A stretch of DNA of 64,000 bases from NCBI GenBank assembly GCA_002753565.1, contig PEAM01000002.1:138783-202782 (forward strand). Reading direction: 5' to 3'. The translations under genes and the position numbers were made by a program. This stretch comes from Magnetococcales bacterium (lineage in GTDB: Bacteria; Pseudomonadota; Magnetococcia; Magnetococcales; JADFYX01). A model generated the notes under the pieces. It was not told the origin of the DNA, made no database searches, and saw only the letters and a program-made list of their open reading frames with translations. Below are positions 61,608 to 64,000 of the stretch, piece after piece (the first letter of the stretch is position 1; each line of letters opens with the position of its first letter).

Positions 61608-64000
61608 ATGGCTTTTTTTGTAGATTCTGGATTCGATAAAAGCCTGGCTTTTCCCGCAAGCTACGATCCTGTTTTTGTTGTCAGCTCCTTTTTGGCGATC
61701 TACCTTGGCGCCTACTCCGGTCTGGCGATAGTCCAACATATCAAGCAGGTGGATAGCCCGGCAAAGAGAAACCTCTGGTTGGCCTTTGGTAGTCTGGTGT
61801 TGGGGAACGGTATCTTCAGCATGCACTTTATCGGCATGCTGGCCCAAAAGCTGCCGGTGACCACCCAATATGATCTTGTCCTGACCATCCTTTCCGGCTT
61901 TCCAGCTATCCTGGCGGCGTGGTCTCTGCTCGCTTTTTCCGAAAAAGACCAAAAGGGCGGCTCCTTACCGTGGCTGGGAGGGATGATTACCGGCCTGCTG
62001 GTGGTGGTCATGCACACCAGCGGCATGCTCTCCATGCGCCTTGATGCCCTGATGCTTTTTGATCCTCTTGTTTTTACCTTATCGATTATTGTCGGCCTTT
62101 TTCTGGCGGTGGGGGCGGTGGGGGCCAGAAGGGTGGTTTACACGTTAAAACTGCCGGCGGACTCTCGGTTGGGCCGCCATCTGCATGCACTGATTATCGC
62201 TCTCTCCCTCTTCTCCATCCACTACTTTTCTCTGTTAGCCGTCTGGGTTCTTCCGGGAGACCCCCGCCATAGCTCCTCGGATCTGCTGGTAGAACCGGTG
62301 ATGATGGGGATCGGGCTGGTTATCATCTTTTTTATCCTTGCGGCCTCCTCCCTTCTCACCCTCCACCTCAGCCACGGCTACGCAGGGTTTGATACCCAGA
62401 ACTCTCTTTGGTCCACCCTTTTTGACCAGGAGAATGTGTCGGTTTTTCGTAACGTTCTGCTTTTTAACTTCGCGCTGTTTTTTTTCATCACCTGGGTGGC
62501 GCTGTTTATCCATGATGCCAAGGAGAAGAGTGACCGCAAGCAGGCGGCCCAGTTTGAGATCAAACGGGTGTTACAGGTTGCCGCCCATGATTTTGAGTCG
62601 ATTATTTCCGACCTCAACTTTCTGTTGTCCAGCGACCATCTGGCAGAGTATCTCATCCAAAAAGAGGCGCTGACCAAGGCTAAACTGGCCCGGCAATTCA
62701 TAGCCCTGGCCCGAGAGCGGCGGATGTATGATCAGATTCGGCTGATCAATCTGGAAGGGGTTGAGGAGGTGCGGGTCAACTCGGGTCTGGATGGACAATC
62801 GACCCTTGTTGAGCCGTCCCAGCTGCAGAACAAGTTGGGCCGGGACTATCTCCGGGATGCCATCGCCTTGCCTCGTGGGCAGTTTTATATCTCCCGCTTC
62901 AACCTGAACCAGGAGCAGGGCCAGGTCGAGGAGCCTTATAAACCCATGATCCGTTTTGCCGCACCGGTTTTCGACCAGGAGGGCAATAAGCAGGGGGTGA
63001 TGGTCTTAAACTATCTGGGCTCCCTGTTATTGGGCCATATTCAAGATATCTTCAGGATGTCCCAAAACGAGGTTTATCTGCTGGATAAGGAGGGCTACCT
63101 GCTGATGAGTCCCGATCCGGCGGATCAATGGGGTTTTATGTTTAACAGGGAGCCGGTTTTCAAGGATAGGTTCCCCCTTTTCACCCAGTTGATGTCCCGC
63201 CGTAGCCAGGGGGAGTTTGAGACCAGGAATGGTCAGTTTATCTTCAAGGCCATAACGGTCTCGTTGCGAGAGGATCTACGCCCCAGCTTTGGTAAGAGCG
63301 GTAAAGAGTGGAAGGTGGTTATTCGGGTTGGTGAGGTCGAGCGCTCCTGGCGGGATCTGGCTGACCACCCCATTGCGGTGGTTATTACTGTCTGTGGTAT
63401 TTTTCTGGCTTTTTTCATCTCCCTGTTTGCCTCGCTGTTGCTCATCTCCCGTAAAAACTACGAGAAGAAAGAGACTGAGGCTCTGCGAGAGTTGGAGTTT
63501 CAAAAACGGGCTTTGGATGAACATGCCATTGTCTCTGCGACGGATGTGACCGGTCGGATCAACTACGTCAACGACAAGTTTGTCGCCATCAGCGGCTACA
63601 CCCGTCAGGAGCTGTTGGGCAATACCCACCGCATGGTCAAGTCTGGGGAGCACTCATTATCTTTTTATCAGAACATGTGGCGCACCATCAGCGAGGGTAA
63701 AACCTGGCATGGTGAGGTGCGAAATTTGACCAAAGAGGGGGAGTCCTACTGGGTTCGGGCCACCATTGTCCCCTTTTTGAACAGGCGGGGCAGGCCGTTT
63801 AAGTATGTCTCCATCCGTACCGACGTCACCGAGATGAAAGTGCTGGAGGCGCGGCTGTTGGTTGCCAAGGAGGAGGCGGAAGCGGCGGGCCGGGCCAAAA
63901 GCGATTTCCTGGCCAACATGAGCCATGAAATCCGCACCCCCATGAATGCCATTATCGGTTTGAGCCATCTCTGTCTTCAAACCCGGTTGACTGCTCGGCA
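61608..64000 (+). CDS. Sensor histidine kinase, partial (runs off window): MHYT membrane domain, Cache-like periplasmic domain, PAS, HisKA
   Basis: This ORF is absent from the supplied track because it has no stop in the window, so I translated it by hand. The frame is open from ATG 61608, with GGAGG 12 nt upstream and an in-frame TAA at 61533-61535. Motifs seen: 'SMHFIGM', 'VMHTSGM', 'SIHYFSL' (MHYT), '[23 protein letters not shown]', the PAS segment '[24 protein letters not shown]...', and the H-box '[16 protein letters not shown]'. Confidence 0.85.
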   Translation, partial: MAFFVDSGFDKSLAFPASYDPVFVVSSFLAIYLGAYSGLAIVQHIKQVDSPAKRNLWLAFGSLVLGNGIFSMHFIGMLAQKLPVTTQYDLVLTILSGFPAILAAWSLLAFSEKDQKGGSLPWLGGMITGLLVVVMHTSGMLSMRLDALMLFDPLVFTLSIIVGLFLAVGAVGARRVVYTLKLPADSRLGRHLHALIIALSLFSIHYFSLLAVWVLPGDPRHSSSDLLVEPVMMGIGLVIIFFILAASSLLTLHLSHGYAGFDTQNSLWSTLFDQENVSVFRNVLLFNFALFFFITWVALFIHDAKEKSDRKQAAQFEIKRVLQVAAHDFESIISDLNFLLSSDHLAEYLIQKEALTKAKLARQFIALARERRMYDQIRLINLEGVEEVRVNSGLDGQSTLVEPSQLQNKLGRDYLRDAIALPRGQFYISRFNLNQEQGQVEEPYKPMIRFAAPVFDQEGNKQGVMVLNYLGSLLLGHIQDIFRMSQNEVYLLDKEGYLLMSPDPADQWGFMFNREPVFKDRFPLFTQLMSRRSQGEFETRNGQFIFKAITVSLREDLRPSFGKSGKEWKVVIRVGEVERSWRDLADHPIAVVITVCGIFLAFFISLFASLLLISRKNYEKKETEALRELEFQKRALDEHAIVSATDVTGRINYVNDKFVAISGYTRQELLGNTHRMVKSGEHSLSFYQNMWRTISEGKTWHGEVRNLTKEGESYWVRATIVPFLNRRGRPFKYVSIRTDVTEMKVLEARLLVAKEEAEAAGRAKSDFLANMSHEIRTPMNAIIGLSHLCLQTRLTAR

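Overview
Dense, moderately GC-rich chromosomal window from a Gram-negative bacterium, probably a proteobacterium, with genes on both strands. The many hemerythrin-domain and chemoreceptor genes recall magnetotactic cocci such as Magnetococcus, but I cannot verify that here. Most of the window is core or housekeeping. It holds a CBS protein and rimI-tsaB-dinG behind a hemerythrin-GGDEF gene, then queE-thiE. A complete chemotaxis operon follows (STAS-cheY-cheA-mcp-cheW-cheB-cheR), then tkt and a rhodanese/long-gap/unknown operon. Next comes an envelope block: a reversed-order HldE-like enzyme, a LolA-like protein, an MMPL/RND exporter fused to a cNMP-binding domain, split pqiA-pqiB-pqiC, and a SPOR protein. 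A biotin operon follows, bioF-H-C-B-(lipoprotein)-D-(MCP)-A, with an E. coli-type BirA operator. After it come a methyltransferase, radA, a tRNA Pro-Arg-His cluster, a long-form ubiD and ubiE-ubiJ-ubiB. The last 12 kb is rich in signalling genes: a methyltransferase-GT2 fusion, a Ser/Thr kinase-FGE fusion, a tandem hemerythrin, a TPR-OGT-like protein, ComEA with a polycationic tail, an MCP-CZB-hemerythrin receptor, and a partial MHYT-Cache-PAS histidine kinase. I saw no CRISPR array, transposase, integrase, phage genes or recognisable defence system. The points most worth a second look are: (1) a roughly 140-215 bp MITE-like repeat with terminal inverted repeats and a strong hairpin, in 3 copies, each between convergent gene ends; (2) the chemoreceptor with two metal-centre sensor domains (CZB plus hemerythrin) in series; (3) the MMPL-cNMP exporter beside a LolA-like gene that is translationally coupled to a sugar-nucleotide enzyme; (4) the biotin operon interrupted by a chemoreceptor and a coupled lipoprotein. 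All domain calls come from reading motifs in the supplied translations, and no database search was possible.
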